Made by a program: the position numbers and the translations under genes | Assembly (NCBI GenBank): GCA_963666365.2 | Contig: CAXXNF010000001.1 | Coordinates: 224,001-288,000 of the forward strand | Direction of reading: 5' to 3' | Source: Syntrophales bacterium | GTDB lineage: Bacteria; Desulfobacterota; Syntrophia; Syntrophales; UBA2210 | Length of the DNA: 64,000 nt | Shown here: piece after piece, positions 10,163 through 20,130 of the stretch | How the letters are laid out: each line of letters starts with the position of its first letter | Position numbering within the stretch: the stretch's first letter is position 1 | Notes under the pieces: model-generated | What the model saw: the letters and a program-made list of their open reading frames with translations, nothing else | Databases searched by the model: none | Told to the model about the DNA's origin: nothing

Positions 10163-11263
10163 ATGATTCGTACAGCCACATACGAAGATCTGGACGACCT
10201 CCTTGAAATCGAAAATCGCTGTTTCGTGCTCGATAGATTTTCGCGGCGGACTTTCCGCTACCTGCTGACCAAGGCAAATGCCGAAACAATTATAGACGAA
10301 GGAAAAGAAGCCGTTCGCGGGTATGCGACGGTTCTCTTTCACGCGGGAATTTCACTGGCCCGGCTCTACTCTATCGCCGTCGATCCGGTCTTTCAGGGAC
10401 AATCCATTGGGAAAACACTGATAAACAAGGCCGAGGAGAAGGCCCTGGCACAGGACTGCGTGGCAATGCGCATCGAAGTGCGGAGGGACAATACACAGGC
10501 CCTTTCTCTTTATGAAGCACTGGGATACAGGCGGTTCGACATCGTCGATGATTACTACGAAGACCACATGGAGGCGATTCGGCTTGAAAAATCGCTGGCG
10601 CCTCACTTAAAGCCCGACATGGTGAGAATTCCCTTCTACGAGCAAACCCTGGAATTTACCTGCGGTCCCTCGGCGCTTATTATGGCGATGAAAACGCTGG
10701 ACCCCTCCATTGCACCGAACCGGACCCTGGAACTGAGACTCTGGAGAGAGTCCACATCCATCTTTATGACCTCCGGCCATGGCGGATGCGGGCCCTACGG
10801 GATGACTCTATCAGCCTATCACAGAGGCTTTGACGTAGAGGTATACGTAAGCGAAGACAACCCTCTCTTCATTGATTCGGTAAGAAGCCCCGAAAAAAAA
10901 GAGGTTATTCGAATAGTCCAGAAGGATTTTATGGATGAGATCAATGAACTTCCCATAAAGCTAACGCAGGAGAGTCTTACCATAGCCGAGATTCAGCAGA
11001 AATTCGAGGAGGGGGGAATCCCTCTGGTGCTCATCAGCTCATACAGGATCTACCACGAGAAATCGCCCCACTGGGTCGTCGTCACCGGGTTCGACGAAAA
11101 ATACATCTATGTCCACGACCCCTACGTGGATAAGGACATGGGCAAGACGGCCACCGATTGTATCAACATGCCTATTTTAAGGCGGGATTTCGAGCGCATG
11201 GCACGCTATGGAAAGGCAGGACTGAAGGCAATACTGATCATAAAAAAAATGAGTCAAAAATAG
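10163..11263 (+). CDS. GNAT (RimI-like) acetyltransferase fused to a papain-like peptidase C39-like domain (DUF3335)
   Basis: RLYSIAVDP.FQGQSIG GNAT motif; YEQTLEFTCGPSAL, TSGHGGCGP and PHWVVVTGFDEKYIYVHDP (Cys/His/Asp). Confidence 0.88.
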   Translation: MIRTATYEDLDDLLEIENRCFVLDRFSRRTFRYLLTKANAETIIDEGKEAVRGYATVLFHAGISLARLYSIAVDPVFQGQSIGKTLINKAEEKALAQDCVAMRIEVRRDNTQALSLYEALGYRRFDIVDDYYEDHMEAIRLEKSLAPHLKPDMVRIPFYEQTLEFTCGPSALIMAMKTLDPSIAPNRTLELRLWRESTSIFMTSGHGGCGPYGMTLSAYHRGFDVEVYVSEDNPLFIDSVRSPEKKEVIRIVQKDFMDEINELPIKLTQESLTIAEIQQKFEEGGIPLVLISSYRIYHEKSPHWVVVTGFDEKYIYVHDPYVDKDMGKTATDCINMPILRRDFERMARYGKAGLKAILIIKKMSQK

Positions 11264-11279
11264 GGAAGTGTCCCTATTT
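11256..11279. repeat. Single arm of the REP-like repeat; it forms a hairpin and contains the stop codon of the GNAT gene
   Basis: AAAAATAGGGAAGTGTCCCTATTT matches the right arm of 2020-2108. Confidence 0.7.
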
Positions 11280-11289
11280 CGGAGTTTTT

Positions 11290-12771
11290 ATGACAAAGCA
11301 TATAGTTCTGGTGGAAAACAAGCGAGACTGGAAGACGCACTTCCCCGACACTTTCGTTGTTTCAGCAAAGGATTATCTGGGACGTACGGAATATCACCAA
11401 CTGCGTGACATCCGGGTTATTAATCTATGTCGCAACTATCGTTATCTGAGCATGGGCTATTACTGTTCGCTTCTCGCCACCGCACGTCGGCACAAGATAA
11501 TCCCTTCGGTACGAACGATCACCGACCTCAGCAGCCGTGCCATTTACAGCCTCAATACAGAAGATCTTGACCCGCTGGTACAAAGGAGTCTGAAAAAGCG
11601 TAAAAACGATACACAGGAGGGACGTTACGAAATCGATATATTTTTCGGGCTCTGTCGCGACAAGGGGCTTCAGGAACTCGCCCGTCACATATTCGACCTC
11701 TTCCGCGCACCGCTTCTCAGGGTCGTGTTTCATCTGAACGGTACCTGGCACATCGAAGCAATCCGTCCGGTTCCCTTTCAAAATCTTACAGAGGAGCAGG
11801 AATCGCTCTTTTTCGATGCGTTCAGTGCCTATACCACCAGACGCTGGACCATTCCCAGGGAAGAAAAACCCGCCCGTTATGATCTGGCAATTCTTTTCGA
11901 CCCCACCGCACCGCTCCCCCCTTCCAACAAGCGGGCGATAAGAAAATTCGCCCGTGCAGGAGAAAAGCTGGGCATTGACGTTGATATAATCGGAAAAAAG
12001 GACTTCCCCCGCCTTGCCGAATATGATGCGCTGTTCATTCGCGAAACAACCAACATCGATCACTATACCTACCGTTTTTCAAAAAAAGCCGAGGCGGAAG
12101 GCATGGTGGTTATTGATGATCCCGATTCCATTGTGAAGTGCACCAACAAGGTCTACCTCACAGAATTACTCTCGGCAAACCGCATACCGACGCCGAAAAC
12201 CGCCGTGCTTCAAAAGCTGCGGGGAGGGCGTATCGGCGGCCTGCCTCCTTCAGTTTCATACCCGCTGGTGTTGAAAATTCCGGACGGCTCATTTTCCAGA
12301 GGCATTCATAAAGTGAGAAATTCGGACGAGCTGGGAAACATCGCATCACTCCTCTTCAAAGAATCGGACCTGATCCTGGCACAGGAATTTCTCTACACGG
12401 CCTTCGACTGGCGTATCGGCATCCTCAACCGCACCCCTATTTACGCATGCCAGTATTTTATGTCGAAGCGGCATTGGCAGATCGTAAAACACGAACCGTC
12501 AGGGCGATTCACCGAAGGAGATTCCATAGCGCTCCCCATTGAAAAAGCGCCGGAAAAAGTAGTCAAGACGGCGCTCAAGGCGGCAAACCTGATAGGGAAC
12601 GGTCTTTACGGCGTTGATGTGAAGGAGACCGGTTCAAATGTCTTCATTATGGAAATCAACGACAACCCCAGTATCGACGCCGGCGTGGAGGACGAAGCAC
12701 TGGGAAACCGGCTCTACGAAATCGTTATGGCCGAGTTTGTACGCCGTCTCGAGTCGCGACGGGCTCCTTGA
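11290..12771 (+). CDS. RimK-family ATP-grasp ligase with an N-terminal RLAN domain
   Basis: Start MTKHIVLV after a GGAG RBS; VINLCRNYRYLSMGYYCSLLA, DALFIRETT, VLKIPDGSFSRG, FDWRIG, GLYGVD, EINDNPSID. Confidence 0.9.
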   Translation: MTKHIVLVENKRDWKTHFPDTFVVSAKDYLGRTEYHQLRDIRVINLCRNYRYLSMGYYCSLLATARRHKIIPSVRTITDLSSRAIYSLNTEDLDPLVQRSLKKRKNDTQEGRYEIDIFFGLCRDKGLQELARHIFDLFRAPLLRVVFHLNGTWHIEAIRPVPFQNLTEEQESLFFDAFSAYTTRRWTIPREEKPARYDLAILFDPTAPLPPSNKRAIRKFARAGEKLGIDVDIIGKKDFPRLAEYDALFIRETTNIDHYTYRFSKKAEAEGMVVIDDPDSIVKCTNKVYLTELLSANRIPTPKTAVLQKLRGGRIGGLPPSVSYPLVLKIPDGSFSRGIHKVRNSDELGNIASLLFKESDLILAQEFLYTAFDWRIGILNRTPIYACQYFMSKRHWQIVKHEPSGRFTEGDSIALPIEKAPEKVVKTALKAANLIGNGLYGVDVKETGSNVFIMEINDNPSIDAGVEDEALGNRLYEIVMAEFVRRLESRRAP

Positions 12772-12926
12772 ATTCAGCCCGTGGAATGTTTTGCTGTTGC
12801 AACATTACCGGCGCTTTGATATGAAGCAGACGTATAGCGTGGTAAACCTTTCCCTCTTCAGGGAACGCACCACTCGCAATCAATTGTGAGCGGGCATGCC
12901 GATCCGTGACGCCTTATAACAGGACC

Positions 12927-12942
12927 TGTGACGCAGTTCACA
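12927..12942. promoter_or_regulatory. CRP/FNR-family (HcpR-like) operator candidate
   Basis: Perfect TGTGA-N6-TCACA upstream of the DUF898 gene. Confidence 0.45.
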
Positions 12943-13078
12943 GCCGTTCCCGCCGACACCACCTTCGAGACAACCAGACGCTTAATCAGAACATTGATTC
13001 TACGGTCAGCAGATCCATGTCTCACAGTGATTGTGAGCAACAAGGACTTCGAGCAATGCGATCGCAAGGAGATGTGAA

Positions 13079-14227
13079 ATGCACTATGTAAACTGGGTTG
13101 ATCCCGATATTGACGGCAACAAGGGAGCGCAGACAGCGGAACCGGATTCTCATGAAGGAATGCCTTCCACAAAACCGGCGGTTCGTTCTTTCAGACTGTC
13201 GTTTTACGGCGCCGGGGGCGAGTATTTCAAAATATGGATACTGAATCTGCTTTTAACCGTTCTCACGCTGGGAATATACGCCGCCTGGGCAAAGGTACGA
13301 AGCCGCCGATATTTTTATGCACAGACCCGTCTTATGGGACACCCCTTCGAATACCTGGCAAATCCGATAGCCATCCTGAAAGGGAATCTGATTATCGGCG
13401 GCAGTGCCGTCTGCTACGTGCTTGCGGGCCACTTTCTGCCCTGGGCGGGCTTTGCCGTAATGGGTATCTTTTACCTGATCATCCCCTTCCTTATCTATAA
13501 ATCGCTCAGATTCTATGCCCACAATTCTTCTTATCGGAATATAAGATTTCATTTCAGGGGCACATTACCACGAGCCTACGTCGTCTACCTTCTCTACCCG
13601 ATTCTTATACCTCTCACACTGGGACTCATAGTTCCTTATTGGTCTCTGCAGCAAAAACGATACGTTATGAACAACATCGCCTACGGAACGACAAAGGCGG
13701 CGCTCAGTGCAAAAGCAGGATTTTTTTACAGAACCTATCTTAAGGTATTCTTCACTTCTTGCGCATTGGCCCTGGTAGGTATCGCACTCATAGTCCTGTC
13801 GTTCCATCAATTTGCAGGAACACTGCACACAGCCTCTCCCAAAGCGGAACCGTTCCCAATGATGACTGCAGTAACGATACTGTCCAATGTGATAACCTTT
13901 TTTTACATTATTCTGCTGCAGCAGTTTCTCTATGCCAGATTGACAAACTATACCTGGAGCGTTACAAAACTCGGTACAGTGCGTTTCGAATGCGGCCTCA
14001 AGGCCCGGGAGCTGATGTGGATACAGATCACCAATCTCCTGGCCATGATTGTCTCACTGGGGCTTCTCGTCCCTTGGGCCAAAATTCGTAAAACAAGGTA
14101 TATTCTTGAAAATATCACGGTAAAAACCGACGGCGATCTGGCAGGATTCATGGCCTCTTCTGAAGAAAGCATAAGCGCCGTAGGCGACGCGGCAACCGAC
14201 ATTTTTGATGTGGATATCGGACTATGA
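13079..14227 (+). CDS. YjgN/DUF898 family inner-membrane protein
   Basis: FYGAGGEYFKIWILNLLLTVLTLGIYAAWAKVR and SLGLLVPWAKIR motifs. Confidence 0.92.
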   Translation: MHYVNWVDPDIDGNKGAQTAEPDSHEGMPSTKPAVRSFRLSFYGAGGEYFKIWILNLLLTVLTLGIYAAWAKVRSRRYFYAQTRLMGHPFEYLANPIAILKGNLIIGGSAVCYVLAGHFLPWAGFAVMGIFYLIIPFLIYKSLRFYAHNSSYRNIRFHFRGTLPRAYVVYLLYPILIPLTLGLIVPYWSLQQKRYVMNNIAYGTTKAALSAKAGFFYRTYLKVFFTSCALALVGIALIVLSFHQFAGTLHTASPKAEPFPMMTAVTILSNVITFFYIILLQQFLYARLTNYTWSVTKLGTVRFECGLKARELMWIQITNLLAMIVSLGLLVPWAKIRKTRYILENITVKTDGDLAGFMASSEESISAVGDAATDIFDVDIGL

Positions 14228-15261
14228 TCGAATTTCGCGGTACCTATTTCGATGGAAAAATGTCCATGGGACATAGCGTAGCCGTCCGTGTCACTGAAGG
14301 GGTTCTTTCGGTATACGACATAGAAAATCGAAAGATCGTGGAACTACCCGTCCATTGGACAACATTTGATCCCCCACTCGGTCGGACTCACCGAACAATA
14401 ACCTTTCCTGGCGGTGGAAAGATCCTAACCTACAATTTTGATGCCTTCGACCGTCTTCAACACACACTCGGAAAAAATTCGTGGACCTTTCTCCTCTGTC
14501 GGTTGGAATCACATTGGACATCCGTGTTGATTGGCCTGACTGTACTCATTGTCTGTGTTTTTTTCTTTACGTTCTGCGGAATTCCCTGGGGTGCAAAAAT
14601 AGCGGCATCATTCATCCCTTTTCAACTGAAGGAATCAATCAGTACCCAAACGCTGAATCTGCTTGATAAACAATTTCTTTCTCCCTCGACACTTGAACGG
14701 GAAAAAGCCGAATGTATTCAGAGATGCTTCACTGCAGTCATTGAAGATATGGCCTTATCGGGCGCCTATCGTCTTGAACTTCGCAAAGGAAATCGTCTGT
14801 CCGCCAATGCCTTCGCGCTTCCTTCGGGCATCATTGTTTTCACCGACGAACTGGCGGGGTTGGTCGAATCAGACGAAGAAGCTGCAGGCATATTCGCCCA
14901 CGAGATATGCCACGTGGAGCATCATCACGGCGTGCGCAGCGTTATTCAAAATACGGGCATCTTTTTGTTACTAGCCATTCTCGCAGGCGATGTGGCGTCG
15001 ATTACGTCAGTCTCCGCATCGCTTCCTACAATTTTTATCGAAGCGGGATATTCGCGCCGATTTGAAAACGAAGCCGATGAGGCGGCCGCTCGCTACCTTC
15101 TTCGAAAAGGATACGGCATAGGACCGTACAGAGACATTCTGATGCGGATCCGCGAGCAGTCGCCTCATAAAGCACGCATTTCCTGGCTCTCTTCACATCC
15201 GGCGTTGGCGGACCGTCTCTCCCGTATAGACGCCATCGGGAACGATCCGGACGTTCAGTAA
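14224..15261 (+). CDS. M48 family metallopeptidase (usual YjgN partner)
   Basis: ANAFALPSG, AHEICH (HExxH), YSRRFENEAD, LSSHP; ATGA overlap with DUF898. Confidence 0.92.
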   Translation: MIEFRGTYFDGKMSMGHSVAVRVTEGVLSVYDIENRKIVELPVHWTTFDPPLGRTHRTITFPGGGKILTYNFDAFDRLQHTLGKNSWTFLLCRLESHWTSVLIGLTVLIVCVFFFTFCGIPWGAKIAASFIPFQLKESISTQTLNLLDKQFLSPSTLEREKAECIQRCFTAVIEDMALSGAYRLELRKGNRLSANAFALPSGIIVFTDELAGLVESDEEAAGIFAHEICHVEHHHGVRSVIQNTGIFLLLAILAGDVASITSVSASLPTIFIEAGYSRRFENEADEAAARYLLRKGYGIGPYRDILMRIREQSPHKARISWLSSHPALADRLSRIDAIGNDPDVQ

Positions 15262-15305
15262 GGAACCCCTTCGCCACCTGCATAACGCAGAGCGTCTCAC
15301 ATCGA

Positions 15306-16442
15306 TTATTTTCTGAGCAGCGTTCTGCCGATGATCAGTCTCTGGATTTCACTGGTCCCTTCATACACCCGGAGCGGACGTATCTCCCGGTAGAGCCTCT
15401 CCACCACGGATCCTCGCAGAACGCCGATGCCGCCGTGGATCTGAACGGCCTCGTCAACGGCCCGCCACCCCGCTTCGGTGGCGTACAGCTTGGCCATGGA
15501 CGAAGCGAGGCTTACATCGGGGGCGTTCGTATCTTTCTTTATGGCGGCCCGGTAGACGAGCAGTCTCGCCGCCATAAGTTCCGTGGCCATATCGGCCAGT
15601 TTGAACATGATCCCCTGCTGGCCGGCAATAGGCGACCCGAACTGCACCCGCTGGGGCGCATAGGCAAGGGCCTCGTCCAGGGCCCTTTGTCCCATCCCGA
15701 GTGCTGCGGCGCCGACGGTCACCCGCATGAGATCAAGGGTCTGCATTGCCAGTTTAAAGCCGTCGCCCGGATTACCGACAAGATTTTCCGTCGGTACAAA
15801 CACCTTGTCCATACTGAGGCTGACAATATCGTGGGCAGCCATGATAGTGAGACGATTGTCCACCTCGAAGCCCGGCATCCCCTTTTTGAAGATAAAGGCA
15901 GAGATGGAACGGGGATTCTCATCGGTAGCGGTCTTGGCAAAGACGACCCCCATGTGGGCCGAGTAGCCGTTCGAGATAAACCGTTTTCTTCCGGAAATGG
16001 AGTACCCGCCTTCGACGGGGGTGGCCGCGGTTTCCAGACTCGACACATCCGATCCCGCCGCCGGCTCGGTCAGTGCAAAGGTGGACAGTATCTCGCCGGT
16101 TGCAATCCCCGGCAGATAGGCCTTCTTCTGGTTCTCCGTCCCGGCCAGCACGATCGGGTGAGATCCCAGCCCCTGGAGCGCCAGGGTCACATCGGCCGGC
16201 CCGTAGGTCCCCGCCAGAACCTCCCTGGCAAGACAGACGCGAAGGGCGCTGACGCCATACCCGCCGTATGTCTCGGGAATAAGATACTTGAAGAATCCTT
16301 CATCTGCCAGGCTTTGCCGCAGCTCGTCGGGCACCTCGTAAATCTCCCCGTACTTCTTCGCCAGGTTCGCCAGCGCACCAGCAGCATACTCCCGGCATCG
16401 GACCTGGTAGACCCGATCTTCCGCACTCAATATGGACTCCAT
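15306..16442 (-). CDS. Acyl-CoA dehydrogenase
   Basis: FALTEPAAGSD, GRKRFISNG, RVQFG, AVQIHGG, YEGTSEIQR. Confidence 0.95.
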   Translation of the reverse strand: MESILSAEDRVYQVRCREYAAGALANLAKKYGEIYEVPDELRQSLADEGFFKYLIPETYGGYGVSALRVCLAREVLAGTYGPADVTLALQGLGSHPIVLAGTENQKKAYLPGIATGEILSTFALTEPAAGSDVSSLETAATPVEGGYSISGRKRFISNGYSAHMGVVFAKTATDENPRSISAFIFKKGMPGFEVDNRLTIMAAHDIVSLSMDKVFVPTENLVGNPGDGFKLAMQTLDLMRVTVGAAALGMGQRALDEALAYAPQRVQFGSPIAGQQGIMFKLADMATELMAARLLVYRAAIKKDTNAPDVSLASSMAKLYATEAGWRAVDEAVQIHGGIGVLRGSVVERLYREIRPLRVYEGTSEIQRLIIGRTLLRK

Positions 16443-16533
16443 ACACGCTCCCTCACTTTCTATGACCTCTTACGGTTTCATCATATTCAGACATTAAAGA
16501 TTTAAAATTGATACACGCCCTTGAACCACTTTT

Positions 16534-17763
16534 TTAGGGCACCCCCTTGGACTTAATGGCAAAAACAGCGCGATTGACCGTTTCCAAGGCCTCGGGGCGC
16601 CCGTTTTTAAGGGTTTCCCGGGCCTCTTCGACAAGCTGTCGCAGCCCGTCGTCATATTTTCCCCACCGTTTCACAAAGGAAAGATAGCCGCCTTCGGTAT
16701 AGCGTTCGAAAATAACACGGGCCCTGTCAAATTCCGACATCTCCTGGTATGCATCAATCGCGGCGCACATGTTCCCTTTTATTTTTGAAAAGGTCCCCTT
16801 GACGGTAAAAAGCGGGTTGGTCATCTGGAGCGTTTCGAAAGTGCAGTCGAATGTCAGACCTTCGATAAGCGCCCGGAGCTCATCGATCATCAGGTCGTCG
16901 CCGGGCGGAACGAATTCGCCGGCACGCCACCGTTCATAAAGCAGTGAGTTCTCCTGTACCGCAAGGCTGCGCACCCGCACTTCCGACGGCTTTATTTCAT
17001 TAAGAACGGAAAGCGTATCCACAATATGACACCGTGAACGATCCTCAACGCCCCCCGCAAGGCCGGGCATGACAAAGGCGGCCATGGAAATTCCCGATCT
17101 CATAACCGCTCGTCCTCCTTCGATGTGCTCCTTGTGCGTGACCCCCTTTTTCATGAAGGAAAGCACGTCGTCGCAACCCGACTCCAGGCCCACATAGCAC
17201 CAGGTCAACCCGGCATCATGCAACTCCGCCAGTTCCTCCGGGTGCTTGTGCTGACAGGTTTTCGCTCTCCCATAGGAAGAGACCGTCGTTACGGAAGGAA
17301 AGGTTTTTTTCAGATGCCGGATCGTCTCAACAAGTTCCGGTGTTTTCATTATGAGGGCATCGGCATCCTGGAGAAAGACCCGTTTTGCACCGCAAAGAAT
17401 CCAGTTGACCACGGCACCCAGGGTATCGGCGGCCCGGGCCTGTGCAAAGGTCATGTCGACCGGGTAGGTTCCGTAGGCGGCAGGGTAGCGGCGCAGCATC
17501 TCTCTGACCGTTTCGCCGCTGATTCTGCCGCTGGTCCCCATCTCCAGCGATATCGATTCGAGTTCGTCACGAAGGCGGGCCACGATATCGATATCGCCCT
17601 TGATTTCATCCAGGCTTCGCAGACTGAATCGTCTGTTTTTGTACACGGAACAGAAGAGACATCGATTCCAGGGGCAGTGGCGGTTCACACGAAATATCAG
17701 CGCTTCCTTCTCGCCGATGGGTCCCATGGGACCCAGTTCGATTGTCGCGTCCTTCGGCTCCAT
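16534..17763 (-). CDS. Radical SAM protein of unknown function
   Basis: CPWNRCLFC cluster motif, FLQDAD, YVGLESG, KKG. Confidence 0.88.
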   Translation of the reverse strand: MEPKDATIELGPMGPIGEKEALIFRVNRHCPWNRCLFCSVYKNRRFSLRSLDEIKGDIDIVARLRDELESISLEMGTSGRISGETVREMLRRYPAAYGTYPVDMTFAQARAADTLGAVVNWILCGAKRVFLQDADALIMKTPELVETIRHLKKTFPSVTTVSSYGRAKTCQHKHPEELAELHDAGLTWCYVGLESGCDDVLSFMKKGVTHKEHIEGGRAVMRSGISMAAFVMPGLAGGVEDRSRCHIVDTLSVLNEIKPSEVRVRSLAVQENSLLYERWRAGEFVPPGDDLMIDELRALIEGLTFDCTFETLQMTNPLFTVKGTFSKIKGNMCAAIDAYQEMSEFDRARVIFERYTEGGYLSFVKRWGKYDDGLRQLVEEARETLKNGRPEALETVNRAVFAIKSKGVP

Positions 17764-17799
17764 TTATTTTATTTTCTAAGCAACTGATTCATTTTTCCC

Positions 17800-17868
17800 C
17801 GCAGAGACGCCAAGACACAGAGAAAAAAATTATATTCCCCTTTGTCCTCAGCGTCTCTGCGCCTCTGC
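17800..17868. repeat. Intergenic inverted repeat CGCAGAGACGC / GCGTCTCTGCG (second REP-like family)
   Basis: Perfect 11-bp inverted repeat at 17800-17810 and 17851-17861, with extra degenerate CAGAG/CTCTG units. Confidence 0.6.
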
Positions 17869-17980
17869 ACGAAATTTTGCTTTTCCGGTATGCTGCCCGA
17901 AAAACTTTGAGTTATTTTCCATTATAATGCTGATGTGTCGGCATAGTTGAGCTTTTTAAAAACCTTTCCGGCTCGGGACC

Positions 17981-19684
17981 TTATTTGTCCCACTTCCCTT
18001 CGGAACGCAGACGCTCCACAATTGCCTTCGCCTGTTCCTTGAGGGTCACGTAATCGGTCTTCGCCACCCGGTTGAGGGGGATCTCCCCCACCTTGACGAC
18101 CTCTATGTGAGAAGGCCGTGAATAGGCCGAAATCTGCTTGCAGGCTTCATTGATGTCGTCGGCTGTAATGTTCTCGCCGTCGGGCACCTCGACAAAGGCT
18201 ATAATGCCCTCCGTAAAGACATCGTGCTCTGCGCCGACCACGGCGACGGTTCCCAGTCTCCCCTTGAAGCTGTGCTCGATGTGATTTTCCACATCCCCGG
18301 GAAAAACCTGATATCCTTTCGGTTTGATGACCATTTTACCCCTGCCGGCGAAATGAAGCCCCTCATCGTCGTAGTAACCCAAATCTCCCGTATATACGAT
18401 CCCGTCCGACGAGATCGTCTTTGCCGTGTTTTCGGGATCTCCCAAATAGCCCAGAAACACCTGCGGCCCCTGGAAGCAGATTTCGCCTACCTCTCCGGCC
18501 GGCTTTTCATCACCGGCGGATCCGTCCTTTTTCATCATGCCGCGGATGCTGATGGGAAAGAAGGGCATCGCATAGCCGATCCCTTTCATGATGTCGTCCA
18601 CTGTGGAAGGTATGTCAGTATAGGTGCAGAATCCCCCCGTCTCCGTCAGCCCCAGACCGGTGGCGATTTCCGGGGCCATGGTCTGCATCTTCTCAAGAAA
18701 CTGCCGTGAGACCGCCTGGCCGCCGTAGATGGCCATCTTGATACTGGAGAGATCGTAGCTGTCGTAATCGGGAAGTCGCCATTCCATGTTGAAAAGCGCC
18801 GGGATCTGGCCCAGATGGGTGATCTTGTGTTCCTGCACGGCTTCGAGACTCAGCTTTGGATCGAAGATGTGAAGAATCACCGGCGTGGCCCCCATGAAAA
18901 GGGGAGTCTGCAGCAGCTCGGTGGTGCATCCCACATGCGAAGGGGGCAGATTGACCAGCATTCTGCTGGATTCATCCATTTCAAAGGCCACACCGAGCGC
19001 CACATTCTGCACGAGAATGTTCTCATGGCAGAGCAGGGCAGGTTTCGGTGAACCGGTGGAACCGGTGGTAAAAATGATGAGACAGGGATCACGCCTGTCC
19101 ACGAGTTCCCGGGCCTTTTGCACCACCCCCGTTTCCAGGCTCTTCATAAATATCTCAGGGATGTCCTTTGCGAATTCAGCGAGACCGACTGCCCCTTCCA
19201 TGACAAGATCCGCTTCCTTCTGTACCTGGACCCAGGTTGTGATCGAAGGAGTTGTTTTCATCACTTCTTCCACCATGGGACGGAAATCGGCCATGAGCGT
19301 CTTTCCCAGAAAGAAATAGGCCTTGGGCTCTATCTTGCCCATTGCGTACTGGATCTCGGCAACCTTGAGACGCAGGTCCAGAGGAGCAAGAATAACGCCT
19401 ATCCGGTAGCAGGCGTACATCAGGTACACATGCTCCTTTAACAGAGGAAGTGACGTCGCAATAATGTCCCCTTTCTTCAGTCCCATCGAGAGCAGTTTTG
19501 CGGCAAAGGCGGACACGGCCATGTCGAAGGCCTGCCAGGTGATTTTTTCGCCTGTATTGTGTTCGATGAGCGCGGTTGCGTTCGGTTTTTCCTGTGCATA
19601 TTTGGCCACACAGTCGGCAATGTTCGGTACGATGTCCTGCAGCAGCTTCTCGGCACGTGCTATCTTCTCCTGACTAATCGGCAT
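17981..19684 (-). CDS. Acyl-CoA synthetase / class I adenylate-forming enzyme
   Basis: IIFTTGSTGSPK, GLGLTET, YTGDLG, PLNRVAK; strong GGGGAGG RBS. Confidence 0.92.
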   Translation of the reverse strand: MPISQEKIARAEKLLQDIVPNIADCVAKYAQEKPNATALIEHNTGEKITWQAFDMAVSAFAAKLLSMGLKKGDIIATSLPLLKEHVYLMYACYRIGVILAPLDLRLKVAEIQYAMGKIEPKAYFFLGKTLMADFRPMVEEVMKTTPSITTWVQVQKEADLVMEGAVGLAEFAKDIPEIFMKSLETGVVQKARELVDRRDPCLIIFTTGSTGSPKPALLCHENILVQNVALGVAFEMDESSRMLVNLPPSHVGCTTELLQTPLFMGATPVILHIFDPKLSLEAVQEHKITHLGQIPALFNMEWRLPDYDSYDLSSIKMAIYGGQAVSRQFLEKMQTMAPEIATGLGLTETGGFCTYTDIPSTVDDIMKGIGYAMPFFPISIRGMMKKDGSAGDEKPAGEVGEICFQGPQVFLGYLGDPENTAKTISSDGIVYTGDLGYYDDEGLHFAGRGKMVIKPKGYQVFPGDVENHIEHSFKGRLGTVAVVGAEHDVFTEGIIAFVEVPDGENITADDINEACKQISAYSRPSHIEVVKVGEIPLNRVAKTDYVTLKEQAKAIVERLRSEGKWDK

Positions 19685-20130
19685 ATCCCTGACCTCCCCT
19701 TTTTATTGTACACACCCCTACTATGCCTGATTTGCTATCACATTGTCACATTCGCTGCAACCATAGAACTCTTTAGAACGGCAATTTGCAGATAAATAGT
19801 ATTTTCCATCTATTGCGACAGCGTCCGTTTTCATTAATCGTACAAATTCGTCCAGCACAACCCGGCTATCTCCGGAGCAGCAATTCCTTGAACCCACGAG
19901 CACCACTATGGTCCCGAATAAACCTCTCTTATCTTGCCGTCCGTAATGAAATGAATCAGTGACGGGATTAATCTGTGCACCCGTTCAAGGAATCTTGCAG
20001 TGAATCCGGGTGTGATGAGATATCGGTTTTTTTGAACATAGAATCACCCCCTATGGATGCCTCCCGCCCAAACTACGGAATTATGATCCGTGACCAGGGC
20101 AGAATGTGCCCCGGTCACGCGAACACGGCT

